The notes under the pieces: model-generated | What the model was told of the DNA's origin: nothing | The model's database searches: none | What the model saw: the letters and a program-made list of their open reading frames with translations, nothing else | Origin: an uncultured delta proteobacterium | GTDB taxonomy: Bacteria > Desulfobacterota > Desulfomonilia > Desulfomonilales > Desulfomonilaceae | Direction: 5' to 3' | NCBI GenBank assembly: GCA_963700305.1 | Contig: CAVOXB010000027.1 | Span: 320,358-384,357 of the forward strand | Length of the DNA stretch: 64,000 nt | Made by a program: the position numbers and the translations under genes | In this document: in pieces, positions 10,288 through 19,609 of the stretch | How positions within the stretch are numbered: the stretch's first letter is position 1 | Layout of the letters: every line of letters starts with the position of its first letter

Positions 10288-10725
10288 TCAGCAGTTGTCT
10301 GGAAGGGCTTCATTCCCCAGGGCCTTCGCTAAGACGCTTCTAAGAGCCTTTAAAGCCACTTCCGCGCACTGCTTTTTTTCGGGGGGCAGTCCTCCAAGAT
10401 AATCAATTAAATCCTGACTGGTGAGACTTGCCGCCTCGGACAAGGAGAGCCCTCGCGCGATACACGTGACCGCACTGGAACATGCAACAGTGGGGCCGCA
10501 GCCATCCGACACGAAGCTAATGCGGTCAATTTTGCCTTCGTTGATAGCGACATACATTACGACCGTCTCACCGCAAGTACCGTCAGTTGCGGCATAATGA
10601 TCGAACCCATCAGGTATCCCAAAGTTTTCAGGCTCCATGAACAATTCGACCACTCGAGGGGAAAACCTTTTCCTCGCGTCTTCGAGTATCATTTCTTGAA
10701 TTTCATCGAACGGGTCCTCAGGCAT
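10288..10725 (-). CDS. NifU/IscU-like Fe-S cluster scaffold domain protein
   Basis: Three conserved Cys regions: TCGETVVMYV, DGCGPTVACSS, KKQCAEVALKA. Confidence 0.65.
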   Translation of the reverse strand: MPEDPFDEIQEMILEDARKRFSPRVVELFMEPENFGIPDGFDHYAATDGTCGETVVMYVAINEGKIDRISFVSDGCGPTVACSSAVTCIARGLSLSEAASLTSQDLIDYLGGLPPEKKQCAEVALKALRSVLAKALGNEALPDNC

Positions 10726-11012
10726 GATCGGACATCCTAATAAAATTGATGGATGAGACTAGTCAATTATAGCGCCTCAATCCACTCTTGCAAGAGTCCC
10801 GCAAATACTGACAAGCGAAGATAGTTGAACCTGCTTGAAACCAGATAGGGGTTGATTTTCAACAAAAAAAGGGTAACCTCCCTATCCTAAATAATACACT
10901 GAGCACGAGGCTGGGTTTCACACTGGCAATATAAGCGGAGCTGCTCTTGAAAAGAAAGTCCTCCTCGATTTTTGCTAGTTGAATACGATCGGCATCGTAG
11001 GGAGATTATCGA

Positions 11013-11991
11013 ATGGCCGTTAGCAACAACGGTAAACTGGTAATAGTTACCGGAGGTGCTGGATTTATTGGAAGTCATCTGGTTGAAGGTCTCCTGGAGA
11101 AAGGAGAGAAAGTCAGGGTTCTGGACGATCTGAGCACCGGAAAAGAAGAAAATCTTCATAATCTCGGCAACAGCCGCTGGCAAATGGGACGAGATTTCGA
11201 GTTTGTAAAGGGCGACATAAGAGATGCGGATACGGTAGATAATGCAGTCAGAGGTGTTGACGCAATTTTGCACCAGGCGGCCTTGGGAAGCGTTCCCAGA
11301 TCAGTCGCTGATCCGCTGACAACTCAGGGGGTCAACGCCGGACGGGACCTTGCAGGTGTTTTGGGCGGCTCACAATCATGGAGTCTCCAGAGTAGTGTAC
11401 GCTTCGTCGTCTTCGGTTTATGGAGACAGCGAGCTGCTGCCGAAAAGGGAAGGCGAAGAAGGCCAACCGCTGTCTCCTTACACGCTGACCAAAAAGGTCA
11501 ATGAGGAATTCGGCAAATTATTTAATAGCCTGTACGGCGTTGAGACCATTGGATTACGCTATTTTAATGTATATGGCCCCAGACAAGATCCCACATCCGC
11601 GTATGCCGCTGTTATACCCAGATTCTTGACCGCGTTGCTTTCCGGAAATCCGCCTGTGATCTACGGAAGTGGCGAACAGAGCCGAGATTTCACATATGTC
11701 AAAGATGTGGTCGACGCGAACCTCCTGGCATTGGACGCTCCTGACTCAGCATGTGGGGCTGCATACAATATAGGGCGCGGGGACCAGGTGGACCTCTTGC
11801 ATCTTTTGGAAACGCTCCAAAAGCTTCTCGGCACGGACATCAAGCCCATATTCGATCCTCCAAGGCCGGGTGATGTCATGCATTCCTCCGCGGACACTTC
11901 CCGCGCGGAAAAGATGCTGGGATTCAAAGCGACAAACGACCTGATGTCCGGTCTGGAAAAAAGCATTCACTGGTATAAGGAGAATCTCTGA
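11013..11991 (+). pseudogene. NAD-dependent sugar epimerase/dehydratase (UDP-GlcNAc/UDP-Glc 4-epimerase, WbpP/TviC-like) disrupted by a +1 frameshift near 11343
   Basis: N-terminal frame: VIVTGGAGFIGSHLVEGL...HQAALGSVPRSVADPLTTQGVNAG. It then continues in the +1 frame as GTLQVFWAAHNHGVSRVVYASSSSVYGD...YxxxK. Removing one C from 'gccggaCggg' restores a contiguous protein. Confidence 0.75.
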
Positions 11992-13118
11992 AAAAGCCGG
12001 TCAGAACAAATGAAAACCCGGAGCGGGGTCAGGTAGGAGCACCGGGTTTTCGGCCTTGCGCAGCTTTAGGAGCTGGTAGGCAAGGTTATCCTAACATAGA
12101 TACGCCGCTAATGTCAACCGTTACTTGATTTATAGCCCATTGTCATTTAATTATTCAGACTAATCCATGCAGTACAGTGGATGATTTGAGGGAAGGCTCA
12201 CAATCGGTGCATTAGGCTGAGTCTGAGAACCATCTATGATAGACAGGACAAAATTCCCCCCATTGGGTAGCCATATAGGGCCCTGTGTGCCAAATATGGC
12301 CCAATTATAATATGTTAGAACAAGCAAGGAATATATTAGAAGTGGCTGGAGCTTGCGGTGTTTTGGCGACAATCTTGATATGATAGTCGAGAGGGGAAGG
12401 TGACTTTTGAAGTCTAGATAGATAACTGTTTGTAATTAGAACTAAATCGGCTACACTGTCGCCTTCGAAATAAAAAGAGTCCGACCCTAACCCCTATACC
12501 CTCGCCGGACTCAACTAACATGCCAGGATCAGAAATCCCGGACAAACAAAATTTATTCCAGAAACGGATGAACCATACACTTGAAGAGGCTCGTTTGTCA
12601 AACTAGAAACTACTTTAAGCATTACACACATTTTATTACAGGTACATGTAACGCTAATGTAATTAACTTTCTGGTATATGAAGTTAACTTGATGCGCAGT
12701 TTGCTTCTTAATTACAGCTAGTTGAGGTTGTCATGGCTTCTGCAGGCTTTGTTGTAATATTTTCGGAGTAGCACATTTCTTTTTTGCACAAATATTTGCA
12801 TCGGCAATCGTTCAAGAACTTCTATCGTTTGCTCTTTTCACCAAAGAAGACTGGACAAAGATTACTACCTTGAGGATGTCCATTAACCGGCGATAAATCA
12901 CCGGCCTATTATCCAATGTTCCTCCGGAACAGGATACAAGAGGAAGCTAAGTTAGCACCTACAAGGGAAGGGGGGAACTTTTGATGTCCTCCCCTTCCTC
13001 TCCGATTCTACCTTGCCTGAATGTGTCCGGTATCAGACGATTTCCACGAGTTCTATCTCGAAGATAAGATTTTTTCCGGCCAGCGGATGATTGGCGTCCA
13101 AAGTGATGTTCATTTCGG

Positions 13119-13460
13119 TCACTTCGGTAACCATGACAGGGAAAAAGTTGCCGTCCGATCGACGTATTTCCAGTTGTTGGCCCAGCTCAGGGTTGAGATC
13201 TGGCGGTAATTTTTCTCGATCAAGACAATTACCATCTCTTCGCGATGAGGTCCGTAGGCATCTTCTAAGCCGATTTTCGTTGTCTTGGATTCACCAATGT
13301 TCATCCCGATCACCGCTTGTTCGAAGCCCCCAATAACCTGCCCCTCACCGATCTTAAATTCTAGGGGATCTCGGCCGGACGAGGTGTCAAACACTGAACC
13401 ATCTTCAAAGGTGCCTGTGTAGTTGATCTTGACTGTGTCCCCTGTTTTTGCCTCTGGCAT
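13119..13460 (-). CDS. FKBP-type peptidyl-prolyl cis-trans isomerase (SlyD/FkpB-like)
   Basis: MPEAKTGDTVKINYTGTFEDGSVFDTS...EFKIGEGQVIGGFEQAVIGMNIGESK matches the FKBP domain. The start was chosen at the internal Met that has an RBS. Confidence 0.75.
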   Translation of the reverse strand: MPEAKTGDTVKINYTGTFEDGSVFDTSSGRDPLEFKIGEGQVIGGFEQAVIGMNIGESKTTKIGLEDAYGPHREEMVIVLIEKNYRQISTLSWANNWKYVDRTATFSLSWLPK

Positions 13461-13681
13461 TTTCTTCTCCTCTCGTTCTTGATGGAAGCGAAGGCGAGTC
13501 AGTGAGTGGTCAGGGGGTAACAACAGCGGCGGACCTGCAATTATTCACCAGCCCTTACGGACAGGCCTAAGCATGTGCTCGCAGTCTACTACACTTTCTG
13601 CATGCAGTAGAGAGGAGCCTGAGTGGCAACACCCGAATGGCTGAGATATTGCTCCCCCTCCAGTGATCCGGCTCGTTGTCT

Positions 13682-14194
13682 TCAATCAGGTCTGACTTTG
13701 CGAAGAAATTCTATAATGAATACGGTTAGTATGCCTTCAACGACCATGACAGGGATTTGAGATAGAACGATCAGGCGTGCGGCTGTATAAAAGGATTCGC
13801 CTGTGGCCAGGAGTGAAACCGCCACCAGCAGCCCTGAAGCAAGTATAACCCCGGCGCCCGCGGAAAATTCAGCAGCGAATCGTACTTTCTTAGCAGGACT
13901 CTTTATCCCTTTTCGACAAATGTAATAAAAAACTACAGCAGGAAAGGCCATGTTAAAGGTGTTGACTCCCAAAGTCGTCAATCCGCCGAACTGAAATAAA
14001 AGCGCCTGAAGCGTCAACCCCACCAGAATTGCAGGAAAGGCAGCCCACCCCAATAGCAGTCCGCAAACGCCGTTCAAAACGAGATGCGCAGCGGACGGCC
14101 CTACCGGAACATGGATCAGAGAGGCCACAAAGAAAACTGACGCCAGAACGGCTACCTCGGGCAGTTTCTCATAATCTGTCCTTTTCAGTCCCAC
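13682..14194 (-). CDS. CbiM/NikM-family membrane protein (ECF-type Co/Ni transporter substrate component), N-terminally short (170 aa, GTG start)
   Basis: LTLQALLFQFGGLTTLGVNTFNMA and [16 protein letters not shown] match CbiM core motifs. No in-frame extension is possible (upstream stop at 14246-14248). The N-terminal MHxxxG metal-binding segment is therefore absent. Confidence 0.6.
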   Translation of the reverse strand: MGLKRTDYEKLPEVAVLASVFFVASLIHVPVGPSAAHLVLNGVCGLLLGWAAFPAILVGLTLQALLFQFGGLTTLGVNTFNMAFPAVVFYYICRKGIKSPAKKVRFAAEFSAGAGVILASGLLVAVSLLATGESFYTAARLIVLSQIPVMVVEGILTVFIIEFLRKVRPD

Positions 14195-14278
14195 AGCAAC
14201 TCCGGCCGCTGTGAAAACTGCCCCCGCAACAAGTACCGGGGGCGCTCAACACTCCTTCGGATATGTGCATGCGCTACT

Positions 14279-15142
14279 CTATTTCATGGGATAAGCATAA
14301 ACCCAAATTACTGCAGCCAATTCCACCTTGCGGTCCTTGCCTTCGTGATTGATGGGTTTGTCTCCTTCCATGATCGCTGAAAATCCCCACCAGCCGTCTT
14401 TCGGCATCACGAAATGGAACACACCATTGGCGTCAGCCTTGATCACCTGAGTCACATGTGCGTCAGTAGGGGCTTTTGTGACACCTTTCCCCCACCATTC
14501 CACTTCCACATCTACTCCCGGAACCGGCTTTCCGTCTCTGACGACCTGACCTGAAAACAGGTTGCCCACGTAAAGGCTGTAAGGCCGAGCCATAGGTAAG
14601 ATCTCAGTCGGGAGTCCGGCAAGCTCGGCTACTGGTTTGTCCCAACCTTCCTCAGCTCCCAATGCGTCAACTATGACTTTCGTCACATGCACGATGAATT
14701 TGTCTTCTGCCGGCTCCCAATATGGCTTCGGGTAAAGAAAAAACATATAATCGCCCGGTTTGGCGATTTTGAATGTTGCTTCCCAGGTGGACTTGTTGTC
14801 AACTTTTTTTTCTTTTAAAGTGTCCATCAGATTTGTTACGGAGTCTCCAAGGACCACGCCGAATTTTTCCGGCTTGGCCATTTCCATCTGAGGACCACCC
14901 TCGAAAGGATGTGTGAATTGAAGCATGAGAGTGATTTCTCTTTTGTCCTCTTTTCCCACGACATCTTTCGAAGGTATGATCATTGCGAAATGGGCTTCAA
15001 GCTCGCCATGGAAGCCCAGAGCGCTGAACATGATAAGTGTTGTGATTACGATGAGTTTTCTCAAAATTAAATCCTCCGGTGCTAGAATCTCACGAGTTTT
15101 CTTATTCGTAATACGGATGACATAAAGCGTAGCACTTGACAA
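14279..15142 (-). CDS. DUF4198-like periplasmic protein (Ni/Co uptake-associated, NikL/CbiL-like). Signal peptide and a transthyretin/carboxypeptidase-regulatory-like beta domain.
   Basis: Signal peptide present. The GQVVRDGKPVPGVDVEVEWW motif is typical of this family. It lies directly upstream of the CbiM-like gene. Confidence 0.5.
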   Translation of the reverse strand: MSSATLYVIRITNKKTREILAPEDLILRKLIVITTLIMFSALGFHGELEAHFAMIIPSKDVVGKEDKREITLMLQFTHPFEGGPQMEMAKPEKFGVVLGDSVTNLMDTLKEKKVDNKSTWEATFKIAKPGDYMFFLYPKPYWEPAEDKFIVHVTKVIVDALGAEEGWDKPVAELAGLPTEILPMARPYSLYVGNLFSGQVVRDGKPVPGVDVEVEWWGKGVTKAPTDAHVTQVIKADANGVFHFVMPKDGWWGFSAIMEGDKPINHEGKDRKVELAAVIWVYAYPMK

Positions 15143-15214
15143 GCTTTATTTGGACTATCGTGGCACTATTCTGGTTTGGTCTGGTTCTCGATGAGGTGAA
15201 ATCATCAGGCCGAG

Positions 15215-15412
15215 GTGCTAGAAGCGAAGATGCTGATGGTACTAAAGAGAATTCTCAGGATTGCGTTGGCTTTATACATCGCCATAGGCTTGTCCGCATG
15301 CGCGGCATTTACCATAAATGAATCCGGAGAGCCGGACGTCGACCAGAAAGGGTCCGCAAAGAGAATTCCTCTACCTCCAACAATCAAGGACTTGGATAGA
15401 GATCCTGAGTAA
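15215..15412 (+). CDS. Small putative lipoprotein (65 aa)
   Basis: Signal peptide with lipobox LSAC. Only a weak call. Confidence 0.25.
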   Translation: MLEAKMLMVLKRILRIALALYIAIGLSACAAFTINESGEPDVDQKGSAKRIPLPPTIKDLDRDPE

Positions 15413-15510
15413 CCGCCTCGACCTTGAGTGCAGAAATGTTCATTTCCGGAGGGTGTGGACCAAGAGGCTTGTCCATTGACAGGGTTATAATGGTAGTCTA
15501 ATCTTGAGCC

Positions 15511-16299
15511 ATGCAGAATAGAGTCTCCGGAGTCAGTATGAAAGGGGTTAACGGGCGAGTCTTCCGGCGATCCTTTTTTCTGGAGACTCTGTGGAACTAC
15601 GAAAAGATGCAGAATGTAGGGTTTGTTCACTGCTTTTTCCCCGCCCTGGAGAAGCTGTATACTAATGAACAGGACAGGCAGGAGGTTGTTGCCCGCCATC
15701 TGGAGCCGGTTAACACTCATCCGTCCATGGGGCCCTTGCTTGCGGGGCTTACCGCTCGATTGGAACACGACCTGGAAGCCTCCACGGTCATTCCTTACAG
15801 AAAACGAGTCATGGCCACACTTGCCGCGGTGGGTGACCGGATCTTTTGGAGCCACCTGAAACCCTTGGCGTCTGTTTTCGGCAGCATATTAGGATTCATT
15901 GCTTTCGGGTCTTTTATTGGCAGTATGGTGCTGCTCGTAATATACAATTTTCCGCATTTGTTCTTGCGTGCACGTGGGTTCAAGATTGGCTGGACTGAAG
16001 GTCTTCAGGTCCTTCAGATGCTCAAATCCCACGGGATAACGGCTCTGGTCACAGGCGTCAGAGATCTGCTCTCGCTGGGGCTGGGTCTTCTGGCTGGAAC
16101 AGTAGTATACTTGGCTGTGAAGGCTCCTGATTCTGTGTGCCTGTCGAGATCTTTCACAGGCGTTTGTTTGGTTATAGGCGCATTAGGAGCTTTTGGATTG
16201 TTAAGGAAACGGGTTTCCCCTTCGGCGGTGATTTATCTGATCGCTTTAGGGGTGTTTTCTGTTTTTCTAATTTTTCAGACGGGGAACTTGTTTGTATGA
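15511..16299 (+). CDS. PTS mannose/fructose/sorbose-family EIID component, with no IIC/IIB/IIA partner in the window
   Basis: RRSFFLETLWNYEKMQNVGF...ARHLEPVNTHP...AAVGDRIFW aligns with ManZ/IID family signatures. Its stop overlaps the ptsH start (ATGA). Confidence 0.75.
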   Translation: MQNRVSGVSMKGVNGRVFRRSFFLETLWNYEKMQNVGFVHCFFPALEKLYTNEQDRQEVVARHLEPVNTHPSMGPLLAGLTARLEHDLEASTVIPYRKRVMATLAAVGDRIFWSHLKPLASVFGSILGFIAFGSFIGSMVLLVIYNFPHLFLRARGFKIGWTEGLQVLQMLKSHGITALVTGVRDLLSLGLGLLAGTVVYLAVKAPDSVCLSRSFTGVCLVIGALGAFGLLRKRVSPSAVIYLIALGVFSVFLIFQTGNLFV

Positions 16300-16583
16300 T
16301 ACTGGAAACTGAAATCACGGAAACAACTCTCAGAGTAGGTAACCAATTAGGGATTCACGCAAGAGTGGCTACCATGATGGTTCAGGCTATGCAAAATTAT
16401 ACCTGCCAGGTTACGTTGGTGAAAGATGGTGTGGAAGTTGATGCCCGAAGTGTGCTAGGATTATTGCTTTTAGCCGCCACACCAGGAAGTGAACTTGTCG
16501 TACCAGCACACGGCCCGGATTCCAGGCAAGCAATTCAGGAGATAAGCCGACTTATACAAGATGAAGAGACCGAAGAAGGTTGA
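16296..16583 (+). CDS. ptsH: Phosphocarrier protein HPr
   Basis: 95 aa. MILETEITETTLRVGNQLGIHARVATMMVQ contains the active-site His15 context (GIHARVA). Confidence 0.85.
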   Translation: MILETEITETTLRVGNQLGIHARVATMMVQAMQNYTCQVTLVKDGVEVDARSVLGLLLLAATPGSELVVPAHGPDSRQAIQEISRLIQDEETEEG

Positions 16584-16635
16584 CAAGAAAAAATCCCGGA
16601 CGCCCAAAGTAAGCGAAAACGATACCAACAGGTTG

Positions 16636-18394
16636 ATGAGGGGGATTGGAGTATCCGGAGGTGTGGGAATAGGCCAAGCTGTCGTAATCGAACGCCTTAC
16701 CACGGAAATATGCCCCAAGCGCATCCTCAATCCCGAGGAAGTGCCTCTCGAGATTTCACGATTCGAAGCTGCCGTAGAAACCGCCGCAGAACGAATAAAA
16801 GCCATTAAGGGGCACATAGACCCGCATCATCCTCTGGGTGAGCACGCGTACATTCTTGATACTCACATTTTGCTCCTTAAGGACAAGATGTTTTATGAAG
16901 GCACAAAGAAGGCCATAGACGCGGAACGACAGAACGCGGAATGGGCTGTATCCGAAATAGTCATGAAAATCACGTCCGCGTTCGATACAATTGAAGACGA
17001 ATACCTGAAGGAGCGAGCGCGAGACATTTATTTTATTGGTGAGCGCGTCCTGCGAATACTGATGGGTATTTCTACGGAAAGTAAGATCCATCAGCTTCCC
17101 CCTAATTCCGTCATAATATCTCATGATCTATCACCTGCTGATACGGCGCAGATAAAAAGAGAGTGCGTGCTTGGCTTTGCCATAGACATGGGAGGACGCA
17201 CGTCTCACACCGCCATCATGGCGCGGTCCTTGAAAATTCCCGCCATAACCGGTTTGGAGAGCATCAGCGGTCAAGTCCAGACAGGTGACACGATAGTCAT
17301 AGACGGCAGTACCGGTATTGTGATCATCAATCCCGACCCTGAAATGATTTTCAGGTACAGGGAAAGGCAGGAGCTATACAAAAAATATCAGCAGTCTTTG
17401 ATGGCCTACGGCAGATTGCCTGCGGTCACTCGCGACGGTTCCAGAACAGTTAGGATCTCCGCTAATATCGAATTGGTGGATGAGCTTGAATTCGCAAAAA
17501 GCCACGGAGCGGAAGGCATAGGGCTTTTTCGGTACTGAATACCTGTTCTTGGGCAGGCCTGATCTGCCTTCGGAAGAGGAACAGTTTGAAGTCTATCGCC
17601 AGGTGTTGAAGGAGAATGCTCCCAATCCTGTGACAATTCGAACTCTGGACATCGGCGGAGACAAGATCGCCATAAGCGTGGGCGTCTCACATGAGACCAA
17701 CCCGGCAATGGGATTGAGGGCGATCCGACTCTGCCTGAACCGCCCGGATATTTTCAAGACTCAACTCAGGGCAATTCTCAGGGCCGCCGTTGATGGTGAG
17801 TGCCGGCTCTTGATTCCAATGGTCTCCTGTCTTACGGAACTCGTGACCACGAAACAGCTGCTGGAAGAGGCAAAAAAAGACCTGGATTCCGATGGTCTAC
17901 CGTATGCCCAGCACCTCAAGTTGGGGATTCTGGTTGAGGTACCTTCCGCTGTCGCCATTGCGGACATTCTGGCGAAGAATGTAGATTTCTTTAGTATCGG
18001 AACAAACGATCTGATTCAGTACGCTCTGGCCATTGACAGAGTCAACGAGCACGTAAATTACCTTTATGACACCCTTCATCCTGCCGTTCTAAGGCTGATT
18101 CGCCAAATAGTGAGTGCAGCGCAGGCTGGAGGCATTCCTGTGTCCATGTGCGGTGAAATGGCCGGCGATCCGGTCAACATTCCTATTCTCTTGGGTCTCG
18201 GGATTGACGAGCTTTCCATGAACGCCCTAGCCATCCCTATGGTAAAGAAGCTGATTCGAGCCATCAGCATGGACGAATGCAGAGAACTCACATGGCAGGC
18301 CTTTCAATTTTACGACGCCCGGGAAATCCACGGGTTCCTTGAGTCCTGGATCACAGAACGTTTCCCCAAAGACTATTTCATAGACCAGTCCTAG
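16636..18394 (+). pseudogene. ptsI: Phosphoenolpyruvate-protein phosphotransferase (PTS enzyme I) split by a +1 frameshift at about 17533
   Basis: ORF 16561..17538 ends ...GAEGIGLFRY*. ORF 17549..18394 continues in the +1 frame as (TEYLF)LGRPDLPSEEEQ.... Canonical EI reads GIGLFRTEFLF. Deleting T17533 fuses the two frames. The catalytic His (GGRTSHTAIMARSL) and the PEP-binding C-terminal domain are both present. Confidence 0.85.
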
Positions 18395-18402
18395 CGGTTT
18401 CC

Positions 18403-18876
18403 ATGACGCAGAATGACGGTATTAAAATAATCTGTAAGAACCGTAAAGCGTTCTTCAATTTTGAAATTGAGGACACTTTCGAAGTAGGAATCTGTCTATT
18501 GGGTTCGGAAGTGAAGTCTTTGCGAAATGGCAAAGCCAACCTCTCGGATTCTTACGGCAAATTTCGCGGCGGCGAAATGTTTCTGGTAGACGCTCATATT
18601 TCTCCTTACGCGCAGGCCAACATACAGAACCACGATCCGCTTCGTGACCGCAAGCTTCTCCTGCACAAACGCGAACTGAAGAAGCTGACCGGAAAGATCA
18701 CAGAGCGCGGCTATTCGTTGGTTCCGTTGAAAATGTATTTCAAGCGTGGTAAGGTCAAATTGGAAATGGCTTTGGCAAGGGGAAAAAAGACTTACGACAA
18801 AAGAGAAGCCATTAAGAAGAAGGATCAGCGCAGAGAGCTCGAGAGAATGGTGAAATATCGCCAGAGATCGTCCTGA
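18403..18876 (+). CDS. smpB: SsrA-binding protein
   Basis: ...FNFEIEDTFEVGICLLGSEVKSLRNGKANLSDSY...LLLHKRELKKL is the SmpB signature. It lies directly upstream of tmRNA. Confidence 0.9.
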   Translation: MTQNDGIKIICKNRKAFFNFEIEDTFEVGICLLGSEVKSLRNGKANLSDSYGKFRGGEMFLVDAHISPYAQANIQNHDPLRDRKLLLHKRELKKLTGKITERGYSLVPLKMYFKRGKVKLEMALARGKKTYDKREAIKKKDQRRELERMVKYRQRSS

Positions 18877-18984
18877 GCTGGGAGGGCTTTGTGCGCTATT
18901 CGTGGATTGCGGAAAAAATTAGAAACAAATTCTCAGGATAAGTTGTCTCTAATTTGAACGCAAAGTGTCTTCCTATCTTTCATA

Positions 18985-19341
18985 GGGGGCGACATGGTTT
19001 CGACGGGGATAGTTGAGGTCAAGGCTGCATGTCGAGCACTCCGGTGACTCGTTAAACCGCCGGTAAATAAATTTACTCGCCAATAATCACGAGTACGCAC
19101 TAGCCGCGTAAGGCTAGCGTTTCTCTGCTTTTCTCCTGCGGGGGTGGAAGAAGCGACGGTCAGCAGGATAGCCGAGTTTCCGTGCCTGTTGGGAACAACG
19201 CGAAAAAAAAAGCGGGCTGGTCCGACGAGAAACCTTGTCTGAGGGGGTCTCAGCGGACGAGAAACAAAACTCGGAATAAGCATGTAGACGCCTTCGGCTG
19301 AAGATTTCCGGACGCGGGTTCGATTCCCGCCGCCTCCACCA
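18985..19341 (+). ncRNA. ssrA: tmRNA (SsrA). Tag reading frame 19079-19111 encodes ANNHEYALAA*.
   Basis: 5' GGGGGCGACAUGGUUUCGACGGGG. 3' GGACGCGGGUUCGAUUCCCGCCGCCUCCACCA. The acceptor stem has the G3:U70 identity pair. The resume codon is GCC and the tag ends ...YALAA-UAA. Confidence 0.9.
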
Positions 19342-19433
19342 GTTAACTTGTTGATTTTATTGAAATCGAACCCTCAGAAAGTTATCAGTAAATTAGTAAC
19401 CATTTCCGTGTTATATAATATCAGTGAGGCGAA

Positions 19434-19514
19434 ATGGTGAAACTCAAGGTCATCGTTCACGAAGCATCAGAAGGCCATTTGCCGGACGAGAATGATTTCA
19501 TCAACTGCCAGTAG
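19434..19514 (+). pseudogene. HicB-like (UPF0150) antitoxin N-terminal remnant (26 codons then a stop)
   Basis: MVKLKVIVHEASEGHLPDEN resembles the HicB N-terminus (MKYKVIVHEAEEGGYWAEVP...). It is truncated. Weak call. Confidence 0.25.
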
Positions 19515-19609
19515 GGTTGGATCCACACGCTCAACGGCAATCCGTCAATTAGAGTTCCGGGCGGAACGATTGAACTGATCCTTTGCGCCTTGCTGATAAC
19601 TCGGGAGCC

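Noticed and set aside
10887-11273. 128-aa minus-strand ORF
   Set aside because: Overlaps the epimerase N-terminus on the opposite strand. No support.
15205-15855. 216-aa minus-strand ORF
   Set aside because: Overlaps the well-supported PTS IID gene on the opposite strand. No recognisable family.
18933-19283. 116-aa ORF on the minus strand
   Set aside because: Lies entirely within the tmRNA gene.
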